Origin: Schmidtea polychroa
Lineage: Eukaryota
DNA length: 64,000 nt
Assembly (NCBI GenBank): GCA_044892525.1
Contig: CM097885.1
Span: 189,534,001 to 189,598,000 of the forward strand
Direction: 5' to 3'
Shown here: in pieces, positions 51,761 through 64,000 of the stretch
Layout: the number at the start of each line of letters is the position of its first letter
Position numbering within the stretch: position 1 is the stretch's first letter
Made by a program: the position numbers and the translations under genes
Notes under the pieces: generated by a model
What the model was told of the DNA's origin: nothing
Databases searched by the model: none
The model's input: the letters and a program-made list of their open reading frames with translations, nothing else

Positions 51761-53399
51761 AAAAATCCAAAATTCCAATCCAAAACCGAATAATAATAAT
51801 CTTTAAAATTACCCTGGTCGCGTCTGTGTGCGCATTCAAAAACTCCAATGTCATAGCAAAAAACACACACAATCGCGAAACATAAACTCACAAAAAAACT
51901 CGACAATTGTACGCGTCTGTATGCGCACACAAATCAATCCAAATGTCAAAGCCGAAAAACCCACACAGACGCGAGACATGAACTGATAATTAACCATCGT
52001 CATAAGTGATGATGAAGATGTTCATCTTATAATTTTAAATAATGCGCTTATTAATAGTAATGAAATATACGATTCCATTAATATGTATGATGAACCCGAG
52101 ATAGATTTAAAGGGGATCCGGAAAAATATTAGATTTGACATGGAAAATAAAAATTCGGTTCGAATTTCTTTTATCGCTAAACTAACAAAATTTTATATTA
52201 TTTCAATAATAGATCGATGTCATATTTTTTATTTGCACCTAATTTGAGACTGGCCAAGAAATAAACTATAAACATCTGTAAACATTTAAATCAATTTACT
52301 TCGAACAAGAATGAACTGTTTAACAATATACATAATAAAATAATTAATTTAATTGATTTTTTTGGTTATTTATACAGTCGATGTAAAAGTTTTCGGTGAT
52401 TATCAATACAATCCTGCCTGTTAATAGTTTATGCGTGTCCATTTTATTTAATTGTATAATTTCACTTTATAATTTTAATATTTTGATTATTAGTTTTCTT
52501 TGAAATTTTAAAATTTATTTCAATAAGATACTTATTCAACTAATTACAATTTGATTAAAGCAATTCATCGTTTGTAGAATGGGTAATGGGAACTAAAAGT
52601 TATCGCCAACAAATTTCAAATAAAATAACAATATTTATATTTGATTTATTTTAAGAACATAAAATGTAACGATTTTATGCCCTCAACTAAGACAAATCAA
52701 CTAGAAACAATTAGAATATCTTCCGCGTGTTTTTATATTTGAACTATCACCATTTTTTGTAAAAAATGAATCCATTTAACAATAACAATACTATCTTTGC
52801 CTTTTTCTGTTTTAAAATGTTCCAACTTCAATTAGTGAAATCTAAAATTAACATAAATATTTTCATTCATAAATTTTTATTTTATCTTATATAAAGTATC
52901 CTCAAATTTATCAAGAAATTATTTCAACAATCATAATTTTTAATCAAAAATTTAAGCACTGCTCGGTAAGCAATTGAAAATGTAATTGGTGTACACACAA
53001 ACACTCACTACAAAATTACTAAATTTATATATTTAAAACGATATTCATTGTAAAAACATTTATTTACCAACTAAACCTGACAAAATGACGGCCTTTTTCA
53101 TGTTTAAATTTCAGCTTTAAATAATTAGTTATTTTTATGTCCGAATTTATGGCAGAATTCTTCTCTTAAAAGATATATTTGTACAAAAAATGTAGAATAT
53201 TTCATAAAAACTCAATAACTAATAATTATTTAGTATTAATTTAAAACCTTTAAATAGCATAAGAGGAATTCATTGTTACATAGAAAATTATGTATTTTGA
53301 TGAAAAATTTGCTATTGATTCCAGTTGTAGATTCATATACGCCATTATTATTTTTAACAAACATGCTTGTAATTGTTCATCAAGAATTTTGGTTTTTGG

Positions 53400-56300
53400 A
53401 TTTGGTAGACTCTTTTAGTGATCAATTCCGCATTAGGCGTTGCTATTCTCATCATTATACATATTTCCTCCGCTTGCGGTCTTGGTTTCAAGCTCAGTTC
53501 GTCCTGGATTTTTGATAACTGGTCTGCTTTTCGATTTAGTCGTTGTAGTGAATTGCTTGATGCAACCGGTCCACCGCCTCATCGAATGCGTCAATCAAAG
53601 CCAGAGAGGTGTAATTGATGTAGGGTTCCGTCTTCGGGACCACTGGGACTACGTTCTGGTAGGTCCAATCATGGATCTTGTACCAGATCCATCTGGACCT
53701 CAGGCGGGTGAGTTCTTCCTCCTGGTCCAGTCTGGTGACTTCGTCTGCCTCCTGAGTTGTTCCTAGGCTCGAGTCGGTTGATGAGGGACCGGCCTGCACA
53801 TTTCTTGATCTAGTGTTGGGCATGTCTATAATGATAGAATTTAATCGAAGTTTTGTTCATGCGCCCCAGTTTAGTCAACGAAGGACGCTTGGTACGTGGT
53901 TACATTTCGAACTCTAGCATCATACTCATTCCATCGAATCGCTAATGATTTCTTATGATTTAAAGCGGACCCCCCAACCCCTAGTTGGTTCGATTTACTT
54001 CTGGCTCGAATAATAGTCTATGTCATCTTCATTGTCGGTGGAATCGTCTTCCGAAATTTCACCATTTTCTAACCGCTTCAATATTCTCTTCATCTCTTCT
54101 GGTCGCATTTTTGATAAATTTCTATAATAAAATAAAAATAATTCCAACACCAAGCTATGCAGAAAAATAATGAAACGGAAGTTCAAAAAGTTTTTATAAC
54201 TAAAGAATTAGTAGGTAGGTTTTATGTAGGGCGGAATGCCTGAAGCATCAAAATTGATACTCACAAAAATAGCACTAGTTTCTTCAAGTAAAACATGCAC
54301 TCGCAAAAAGTAATTATATCATAGCGAAAATAATATATTCACTTACCTCAAAAGTATTTATATTCTTCAGAAAAAGAAAATATATCAAATTTGTATTCAA
54401 CAAAACTTTTAGTAAAATGTGTTTATTTGTTCACTTTGCCGCGCAAGTAATATGTCATAGATAAAATAAGACAATAATGACATTTGTTTTTTTTTTAATT
54501 TCGTTGGAAAGAATATTATACAACAGTAAAATACGAACAGCCAACCTATAAAAAAACTAATAGTAATGTGAACATTCGGTTTAAAAGATTGGTATCAAAA
54601 TTGAAACTCTAGGTTATTAAGGGTTAAAGGAGAATAATACCATGAAATGGATTTATAGCTTTATTATTTTAAATGATAATAGTACAATGAAATGGATTTA
54701 TCATTTTATAATATTAAATGATAATATTACAATAAAATGGATTGATCATTTTATGATATCTAAATATTATTAAATGTGATTAATACCATAAAATGGGTTT
54801 CTAATTTTATAAGATTAAATGATAATAGTAAAATAAAGTGGGTTTGTAGTTTTATGGTATCTAAATAATATTAAGTGTTAATGATCCAACGAACTGGATT
54901 TATCATCTCAAGACGAAACTTGGGGTCAATGCAATTTGTAATAATTAAGCTAGACTTTAGTTCGAATACAAGTGAACACACAAGAAAAATTCTTTATGAA
55001 ATAATTTAGAGGTGCTTTTTATAATTAGTCAAATTTATATAGGGGTTGCCGATAACATGATTCTAAATAGTGTGGCATAATAATTAATATCTATATTCTT
55101 ATGAAACGTCCTTCTAGCTGGGGAAACCTCAATAACCAGTTTTTAAATGAACTAAGATGTCTGTTTATGAAAATCGAACGAGGTAGGCTCTCTTATACTA
55201 AGGTAAAATACAATGATCATTAACCTATAATTTCATGAGATGTCTTTTAACCAAGGTTGATTTATGATATGGTTGTTAATAAATAATTAGAGGAGGCATA
55301 ATTTTAGTTCGTACCGATTCATAACCAATTTTACATAGTACGGGTATCGATATAGGACTTTATTGAATACATTTTCGTAATTGGATTTAAGATTTAAGGT
55401 TTATCACCCCAATGATCTGGGATATTAGTATTCAATAGATCATTATAAGGTAGATGATTATAAAATTGAATTTCCCTAGATTCGGGTTATTGGGTACTAA
55501 ATTTCTGATCAATATAACTATGAACAATATCAATAGAATCTATTAATAATATTCAATCTTAAGTATACTAAATAATAGAATGACTTGTGTGATTAGCCGA
55601 CCATCAGAGTGCCTTTGTAGTAAATTGAGTCTGGGATATTTCCCGTTTAAATTTCCCTAATGGTGTGTTTCCTATAGAACAGTTGAGTGTTTATTTTAGG
55701 CATGTCATTTATCGAAAGGTCGAATTAATTAAAATTTTCCTATTTTCCCGACTCAACTGAATACGGTACGATATGCCTTATTGTATTATTTTCCCCGCGA
55801 TTATTATCCCAAAGGTTATTTCGTCCGCATAGTCCCTATGACTACGCCAACTACCGGGATGGGTTTACCCGCCCTACTCATGGTTAAACATATCCGGTTA
55901 AAATTCATAATTTTAATGCATGTAGGGTCGTAGACCCGAATTTGTGAATGTAGATTATCAGTTAGAAACAAGGCTGATCGGCGTCGTGAGTATAACACGT
56001 CTACGACGATGCCGATCACTCTTGTTCCGCAATAGTAAAATTAAACAATAAAACTAAAGTTTGACCAAAAGGGGATTTTGATCCTAACGCATTAATAAAG
56101 CAACAAAAAAAATCAATATAATGAGACAAAATAGGATAACAAATAATAAAATAACAATTATTCATATAATAACGTTAATCAATAGTCCTTACTATTAGTA
56201 TGTTCTGGATCCTCCGAAAAAAATTTTTGGCATAAAAAAGATTAAATTGTGACTAAAATGCGTCGGTATATATACCTATTTTTGTGTGTGCAAATACACG

Positions 56301-56465
56301 TGTATGTATTGATGCATTAAAACAAACTCGAAGTCTTTTTATTCTAGAATTGTCTATTTTTGATATTTTTAATGGCGATTTTTGCGCCATAATTTTTATT
56401 TTCTAATTATTTCTTGCTAATTTTACGTCCATGATGGATTTGGAACGGTTCCAGAACATTCCATA
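53400..56465 (-). repeat. Copy D of the dispersed repeat family (5' block, AT-rich tract, ORF1)
   Basis: 56200-56465 is an inverted copy of 41070-41340; AT-rich tract 54640-55560; ORF 53823-53536 homologous to ORF1 of copy B. Confidence 0.65.
53985..54623 (-). mobile_element. piggyBac-like 5' end fragment inside copy D
   Basis: Terminus TTAA-CCCTTAATAACC at 54627-54612; acidic N-terminal-like peptide ISEDDSTDNEDDIDY. Confidence 0.5.
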
Positions 56466-57149
56466 TTACTTTTAATTTAATTTTTATTTTAATTGATGTT
56501 TTCTGAATTTCTTTTTAAGAATTTTTATTTTTATTGCTAATTTATTTATTTTGGTGACCTTTATTGTTTTATGTGGCTTTCCTGATGGTTTTCGCCATCG
56601 TCATGAAATGTTCTGGGATTTTCTAGAATTTTTCGATGTTTTACCATCTTTCTAAGCTATTCGAGTCTGTTTTTTTGTCATTCTATGTTTCTTTGCTATT
56701 TTTGATTTATATTTTTGCACAACTTCTTGCTTTTGTATTATTTTATTTAATTTCTGGGTTTATATTTTTGTTGTTTTCCCTCTTAATTACTATTGTTTAC
56801 TTGGTGTATTTTTATATTTAACTGTACTTTTTGCGTGCTATGTACCTACGCATTCCAGTCACAAATTATAGTTTGGGTCTAGAAATCAGTTCTAGCCCAA
56901 CAGTATGAAAAGAAAATTCGTTATCTACTGATGAAATTCATTAATACAAAATATTCAAATTATACTTAATCCTTGTAATTGGTCAATTTTCATTTTCAAT
57001 TTCCTTTATCTTCATTTCAAATTATACATTAATATCTACTTATCTAATTTATGAATAAAAAATTGTCATTTCTTTCATGAAATGAAGGTATAAGGAGTCG
57101 ACGATAAATTCTATAAATTTTATTTAACCCCATTTATTACTAAGTTAAT

Positions 57150-58330
57150 ATACTTATGTCAAACATCGCTGTTTCTTAGAAATACATTGGAAACACATTC
57201 TCCTCGATTTTTGAATACAATTTCTTCAGATGCTATTACAACGTCAACCGGAATTTTTGTCAGTCTCTCTGGCATTGCAGTCGATGTTGATTCCATTTCC
57301 TGAAGCTTCCTATATTCATCCCACGACAATCTTTTTGATGGTTGATTTTTTTGTAATAATGTCATCGATCCATTAGTTTTCCACACTCTGATATACTTTG
57401 CGAATACTTCCTCGAGTTCTGAATGTGTGCCAATTTGAGAGTCTTCTCCACGTGTTTCTTTCATCGCCGTTTGCAATTTAAACATTCCCCTCTTATGGTT
57501 ACTTCCATGAACTGGAGTACTGGGGCCGCTGCTAAATCACAAATTCCATACAACTGATCAATCAATATTGCAGTTCCGCATGTAGATCATGGTATACCAA
57601 TATCTTACCCACTGTCAACCGTTGAATGTCTTTTGCTGCCACATCTAGATCGCATGGGTTCCTGCAGGCCACTTCTGTAATTCCGTGAATTCTCGAATTG
57701 AAATGCCGAATTTTTCTGGTTGGAACTAATTATACGTTCTTTATTAATTTTCCATAATAGTTCATAATATCAACTGCCAAAGGGACCATTTTTCCGCATC
57801 GATAAATAATATTCTATTGCAGATTTCTTCTAGATCCATTTCTTTTCTAAGACATTTTCTTTTTCAGCATCTCTTTTGGAATTTTCTGTAATATTGGGTC
57901 TCCTCCTTCATTTGGATGCCTCTGTGGTACTTCATCCACTTCATTTTCCGTTTTGATTTCCACAACCATGGTTGTCTCTTCATTCGCTGCTCGTAACATA
58001 CTTTACGTGAAGTTTCTCTGCAACTTCCACGAATTGAATTTTCTCAGTTCCCACTATACTTTATTGTCATTTGTTAGTACTTCTACTCTACCCTTGATCA
58101 CATGCAGGTGATATTCTTCTTTCCATGACGTCTCAACTTCGCCTGCCCATCTCAATTTCGACTTTCTCATTATTGTGAACATTTGAATCTTCATTCTTCT
58201 GTCAATGATTCGCAAATAATTTGGAATTTGAAGATTATCATTGATCCGGTATACTTGTCCGTCATGATTATTTTTCATTTTGACTTATCTGCCGTAGGTC
58301 GATTTTACCCATTGTATTTGTTCCATTTTT
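57150..58330 (-). mobile_element. Possible decayed LTR-element gag/protease remnant
   Basis: Knuckle-like YRCGKW, TVDSG-like motif and GC-richer coding-like text with many stops. Confidence 0.35.
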
Positions 58331-58843
58331 GCTAAAATAGTTTTTTTTTGAAAATTTAAAATTACTTTACTTATAAGACTAGGGTTGAGATTAAGTACCC
58401 AAAGGATACTGTCCTACTCACTAGCTGTATAAATAAATAATAATCAATTATAAAGGCTACGTAAATGAAAGGTTTTACCAAATCTTTTAAAGTGTAAACT
58501 AGACAATGAAGGGCTAATAGTTGACCAGGTAGTCGAATTTCTTACTCTGAACAAAATATTGAACTTTTATTTATAAAATAATAACTAGAATCAAATTGAC
58601 AAAATATTTAAACCAATAATTTATTAATATCACTCAAATAACACAATTGCTTTCAATCTAACTTCGGATTTAGCAAATTAATATTTGTCACAATCATATT
58701 ATATCAATATCAAATACTTTTGGTGTTGCGTTATGGAAAACAAATGTAAAACAGATACATTTTAACTATTGAGAAAAAATCTCAATTAAATTTCCATTAT
58801 AAATTTTCAAATAAGCTCATTTTCCTGACAAAATTTCTGATTC

Positions 58844-59062
58844 TCAAATTAAACAATCACATTTTTGGCGCTCAAATTTACTAATTTGCGTTAAGATACT
58901 TTTTTCTATCTGCTTCTCCCAAGTACTGTATTCGAAATTACACTTTACTATAACTATTGCTTTCAAAGTATCAATATTCAATTGCGACTTATCTGCTGTT
59001 CGCTTATCAATGATAATTGAAAAAACTCTTTCTGTGATCACATTCGTACGGCTTGGCAACAC
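58844..59062 (-). pseudogene. hAT dimerisation-domain remnant
   Basis: LPSRTNVITERVFS...KSQLNIDTLKAIVIVKCNF. Confidence 0.7.
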
Positions 59063-59763
59063 TTAATTCCGCGACAGATCTTGTCACCATAGGTTATAAT
59101 TTTTTGTAGACTCTACAGTACTGATATTACTAATAATATTAATATTAATATTCAATTAATACTATTCTAAGTGAGTTAGCCAAGAAAAATCTCTGACTTA
59201 TATAGTTGGAGTTATGGTGGTTTTCTTAATTTCAGCCAATCCGGTACGTTCAACAAAGATGAAAATTAATTTATTTGAGTAGGGTTTGTAACATCCCGCG
59301 ATCGTACTATTTTATAAACTTATTATTTATTTAAGTGGGATTAAGTGTCCGTACACCATTCGTACCTAAAAAATAAAGTGCAAATTTCATAATTAACACA
59401 TGATTTTAGCTAAAATGTTTAAAATAATGTGTAAAATATTGTCAATATAAAGCTCTGGAAATAATTCGATCTGTATGTGAAAATATTACATAAAATAAAT
59501 TTATTTTGATAATATACGAATCTCTAATTCCTGGACTCGGTGAATGATCATCTTTAACCAATGATAGTAATTAATTTAAAACTACAAAGTTAATCATTAA
59601 AAATTTTTAAATAGTAAATTTACAAAAAAAATATTTGCATTTTGGAATTTATTTTAAACATTCTGAAGACACTTGCCTTATTGGTTATCCGTTATTTGTG
59701 GAATTTGACAGTTTAAATCCCATTAAATTATAATCCAAAATATTTATCTTTGAAATAATTAGA

Positions 59764-60362
59764 TCATAAAAGTATTTCTGCGCTTAAAATTTCAAAGAAA
59801 ACATAGTTTGCTTTGACAGAATCTTCGCTGACTTTATTGCACTTGGAGAACAAACTTTTTTGTTTTTTAAATGATGATTTGAACTGAATAATTTTCTCTT
59901 CTCTTAATTTTCCATGGAATTTGTTCCCATGAAGTGTGTTATAGCGACGACTAAGATTGAACTCTTTTGCTACTGCAATTGTTTGCTGACATATAAGACA
60001 CTGAATTCGGTCCTTTGTTTCAATAAAAAAATACATATCTTCCCAGTTTTGTTGAAACTTTCTGTTTTCATCCTCAATTTTTCTTTTTCGGAGGCATTTT
60101 ATATATTATTTATTTGTTTAGAACTGTCGAAAGAAATTGAGTAAAAATTATTGAATACAAAATTTACAAAAATGATCAAAGTTTTTTTACTTTGATGATG
60201 CTTTATTTGAGTCAAATTTTAAACTAAAAATATTATAATTTTCTAAGTTTTTCTTTAATTAAGAAATCATGCTTTTAATTAAAAAAATTAATTTAATTTT
60301 CAAATTATAAACTTTTGGTAATTAATAAAAAGTCTTCGTGGGCCGCGTGTTTGAAGCGCCTG
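59764..60362 (-). mobile_element. SPIN/GTF2IRD2-like hAT 5' end
   Basis: QCLICQQTIAVAKEFNLSRRY; terminus aagtcttcg(t/a)gggccgc...gtttga shared with 18917-18972. Confidence 0.8.
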
Positions 60363-61759
60363 GGCTATTATAGTATGTTTTTTATTTGTAGAGCGCATTA
60401 GGTCAATCATTTTGTTTTGTATAAATTTTGTTTAAAAATATAATAATTATTGTTACAAATCATTATATTAGTTTATTGATTTTAATCGAATTGTAGGACA
60501 CAATAATATAAATCTAGACTTTTATGTATACATGTAAAATAATGAAGGATTTTCTTTGCAATTTCTATTAATTTGTATATTTACTTTATTTTTTATTCAA
60601 AGCAAAGTAATATATCACGATGAACAGTGCGGCGATGAAACGTCCGGATACCGTATCATGGTAGTGTTACTCGTTTTTTTAAAGGTATTTCTGTATGGGA
60701 TTCATAAGCAGTACCTGTATTGCTTTATGGAACTGGCGGGCAGTGAAACCTAATGTAAAGTAGTACTTCGTGTAGACTGTAATCATACGTACTTCTAAAT
60801 TATAATAATTTTCAAACTTTTTAATAAAGAAAATGTTGAACATTCAATATTTACATTACATTACATTGTATTAATTATTATTACATCGTTTTATTCATTA
60901 AGAATTAACGTATTCTTTGTTTTCATAATAAACATAGCATAGTCAATGTCAACGTAATTATTTAAAAAAATTCCTTCGTAGAAAAGAACTTACTTAGTTA
61001 TGGTTATTTTATTCAGTTCATTGGGTTCTGGTTCTTCTTTACTTATTTAGAAGGTCAAGTGGAACCTTTGATATGGCAAAATATTCATATGACCAGCGCT
61101 TACCTGCACGCTTGGGCAGTTATAACAAGCTTACGCGCACGCCATTATCATAAGATCAAACTAAATTTTTACTATTTGAATTTAATTTGAATTTTCTAAA
61201 ATAAAAACAGATGAAATTAAAAAATAACATTAACTACGAATGTTAAGCGATCAATTTTGTATCAGTGTAAAAGTGATGTTGTACTTGCACATTTGACCTG
61301 CTCCGCCTTTTGAATTTCCACGGAGAAGGTTTAGAGGAAGCGTTGGTCGAAGATATTCGGATGTGGGTCTACACTGAGTTTTGTATAATTTTTTTCGGTG
61401 ATATATCACCCGTGATGCTAAAATAATTGTCAAATAAGGTCTGTACTGTTGATATTGAAATTTAATATATTTGAAAGAGCGCAAAAGAACTACACATGAA
61501 TATGATTTTCAAATATAAGAAAAATATCATCCACTTGTTAGTTGTTATATTTTTAGTATTTATAATGTCCATAATTAAATACAAATATTTATAAAATTAA
61601 AAAAAATTCCATTTGTTAGCATAAACATACAACATCAATTCACAACATGCATTCATTTAATATTTTATTTTATTTATTTATTTAATTAATTTTATTACAT
61701 TCTAACACGCATACTGTGGTTTTTGTAAATATAAAATACTAGTTACAAAAAATTCTGTA

Positions 61760-62062
61760 AATATGGTGTAGATCGATAGATTTAAAAATTATAGACATCA
61801 ATTTGAGAGAATAAGAGAATTGATTGAAGAAAGCGGCCATCAGCTCCCACTTCTTCCACCATATAGCCCCCATCTCAATGCTATTGAAAAATTCTTTCCA
61901 AAATGGAAAGGCTACATAAAAACGAGAAACTCGAATACGGCGCAAGAGCTTGAGAATGCTATTTTGTCCGGATGTTGTACTGTTTCTACCGAAGATTGTA
62001 TATATTTTTTTAGAGATGTGAGGCGGTATGCTTTAAGGGCGGTAAGAAGAGAGGAGTTCTGA
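61760..62062 (+). pseudogene. Tc1/IS630-type (DDE_3) transposase C-terminal fragment
   Basis: LLPPYSPHLNAIEKFF motif. Confidence 0.85.
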
Positions 62063-64000
62063 TAAAACATTCTTTTGATGATGCTTTGGACTGTTATATT
62101 GTTTTGAAACTATATTTACGTGTCTATTGTTTGTAAAACAATGTTTTTTTTTGTAGTTATAAAAGTAATTTTTTTATTTGAAATAATAGTTTTTTTATTT
62201 GAAACAATAATTTTTTCCAATACTCTACTGCGGGTAATCTTGGCTATGCATATTTCGCCGCTGTGATTCAATCATCTTTAATGACTTTGAAAATGTGTCC
62301 AACAAATCGATAAACAAGCATCCGTCAAATTCCAGCGTCGACTGTCACTTGCTGGATTTCATTGAAATGTTTATAAACCATTAATTTCGTGACAAGGAAA
62401 TAATCAATTTTTTAAACCATCCAAAAATATTTATGACATCGTTGGTGCTAATAAAGAACTTATAGCAAGTCCATCTATTTTTCGATATCATTCAACTCAA
62501 TGTTACAATATGCTTTTCATAAAAAATATATGGTCGGAGATATTTCCATTCTATAATAAGTAACATAAATCTATAGTTTCAACCAGTGGTACATTATTAA
62601 ACATACTACAAACATTAAATTTTGTCTATTCAACATTTAAATCTATTCTTAAATTCAGGTTATGGATCACATTAAAGGTTTTAATAATCTATCCGTAAAA
62701 TCAGACTTTTTTAGTACAAAAGCAACAATTAGCATATCTTATATATATTAGGAACATATAGTTATATAAATATCAGTTACAAACAGCTTTGGCACATATC
62801 AACGTTTACATTTATATTTATTTATTGTCACATTTAAAAATAGGTGACACTTACCTTATCGACATGTACGCCACACGGCAGCTCCCAGCGACGAATGAGA
62901 TGTCATAAATGCGCAGCTATGGATTCGCGCTATTTAGAGAGAGCAATATTTTATTATCATTAATTAAAAATGAATGTTAAAATATTAATATCATAATTAT
63001 ACCATTTACAAATATTATGTATATCTTTATATTTGAAGTAATTCATTAGATTAAATTACAAAAAACCTAGCCTAATTCTTATTTGAAATATTATCCAAAA
63101 TATTAATAACAATAAAATACGCAACAAAAAACTCAATTTTATCTATAAATTTTACCCGACAAATTTTCAGAAAACATAATATTTATAAATTAGCAATTTG
63201 AATATTGTTAAACAAAATTTTCAGTTAAAAAAATTTTTCTTCTTACAGCTCGATTGGGTTGACTTGAATAGATTTCAATCGTGATATTTTCTACTTGAAA
63301 TAAATTCATAATAAGTAATAATAATGTATTATAAACACTCGTCATAAAATGGTTGTATTGTGTCCTAGAAAAATAATAATAAACTCCATGCATTTGAAAA
63401 CTTTATTCCGCATAATTAAATTTGTCTTTGAAATTTAATTAATTAAACTTAATGTATAATTAAATGCTAAGTCCATTTGAAACCATATGATTTCAATATT
63501 TTAATTCTCATTACCAAAACTATTAGGTAAAACTTTAAAACATTGTTAAATTTTAAAGTTTTAGTATATTTGACATAGTGTAACAGTTTTAAAAGAAATA
63601 TTTGGTTAAATTTGATTAGGCTTTATACTCGTTCTATAGCTCGTTCGTTCATAAGCCGACCCAAAAAATATTTTGACGGTATAAAATAAATGTTAAACAT
63701 TTCTTACTAAAGTTTTAAAAACATGTTAATTTTTGTTTACCCCAGGTTCAATACCAAAGAAAATTAAATTACAGAAAAAGTCGAAGTCATTCTTACATAG
63801 TATTGTCTAAGGGCTTTATTATAAAAAGTTCTTTTTTTAATATTTATTTTAAAAATGAAAAATTATAAAATTGTTTCATTAATATATATTGTTAATAAAA
63901 AATATCAAAGTCATTAATATTATTGATATTGTCAGAACTTCTAAATTAATACATAGTATACAAATTAAAATCCCTCAAAGTCCGACTCATCTGATTCTCC

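Noticed and set aside
60556-60753. 65-aa ORF with signal-peptide-like start
   Set aside because: Hydrophobic translations are expected from T-rich DNA; no recognisable motif or exon support.
62230-62600. Possible Merlin or other transposase remnant
   Set aside because: Only a weak HLLDFIE resemblance; insufficient.

Overview
Very AT-rich eukaryotic (animal) genomic DNA with two assembly gaps (26216-26689, 49643-49788). It is dominated by decayed transposable elements. GT-AG introns, a CCDC57 orthologue, a TRAF-like pseudogene and the TE spectrum fit an invertebrate; a planarian-like flatworm is my guess only. One host gene can be rebuilt in frame: CCDC57, four coding exons on the minus strand, 28720-19255, about 878 aa. 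The rest is Ty3/Gypsy, BEL/Pao, non-LTR, Penelope, hAT, MULE, piggyBac and Tc1 remnants. Two things stand out. (1) At 1-6427 (minus) is a Ty3/Gypsy-like LTR element whose chuvirus-G/herpes-gB-like envelope domain lies between Gag and the aspartic protease. It sits in an uninterrupted frame (3143 to the window edge) that the ORF track misses. (2) A dispersed repeat family has at least 4 copies here. It carries a small ORF ending in an AT-hook, a second probably spliced coiled-coil exon, an AT-rich tract and a terminal ~220-nt region whose hairpins show compensatory changes between copies. No prokaryotic features or CRISPR arrays were seen. All identifications come from hand translation and remembered motifs; no searches were run.
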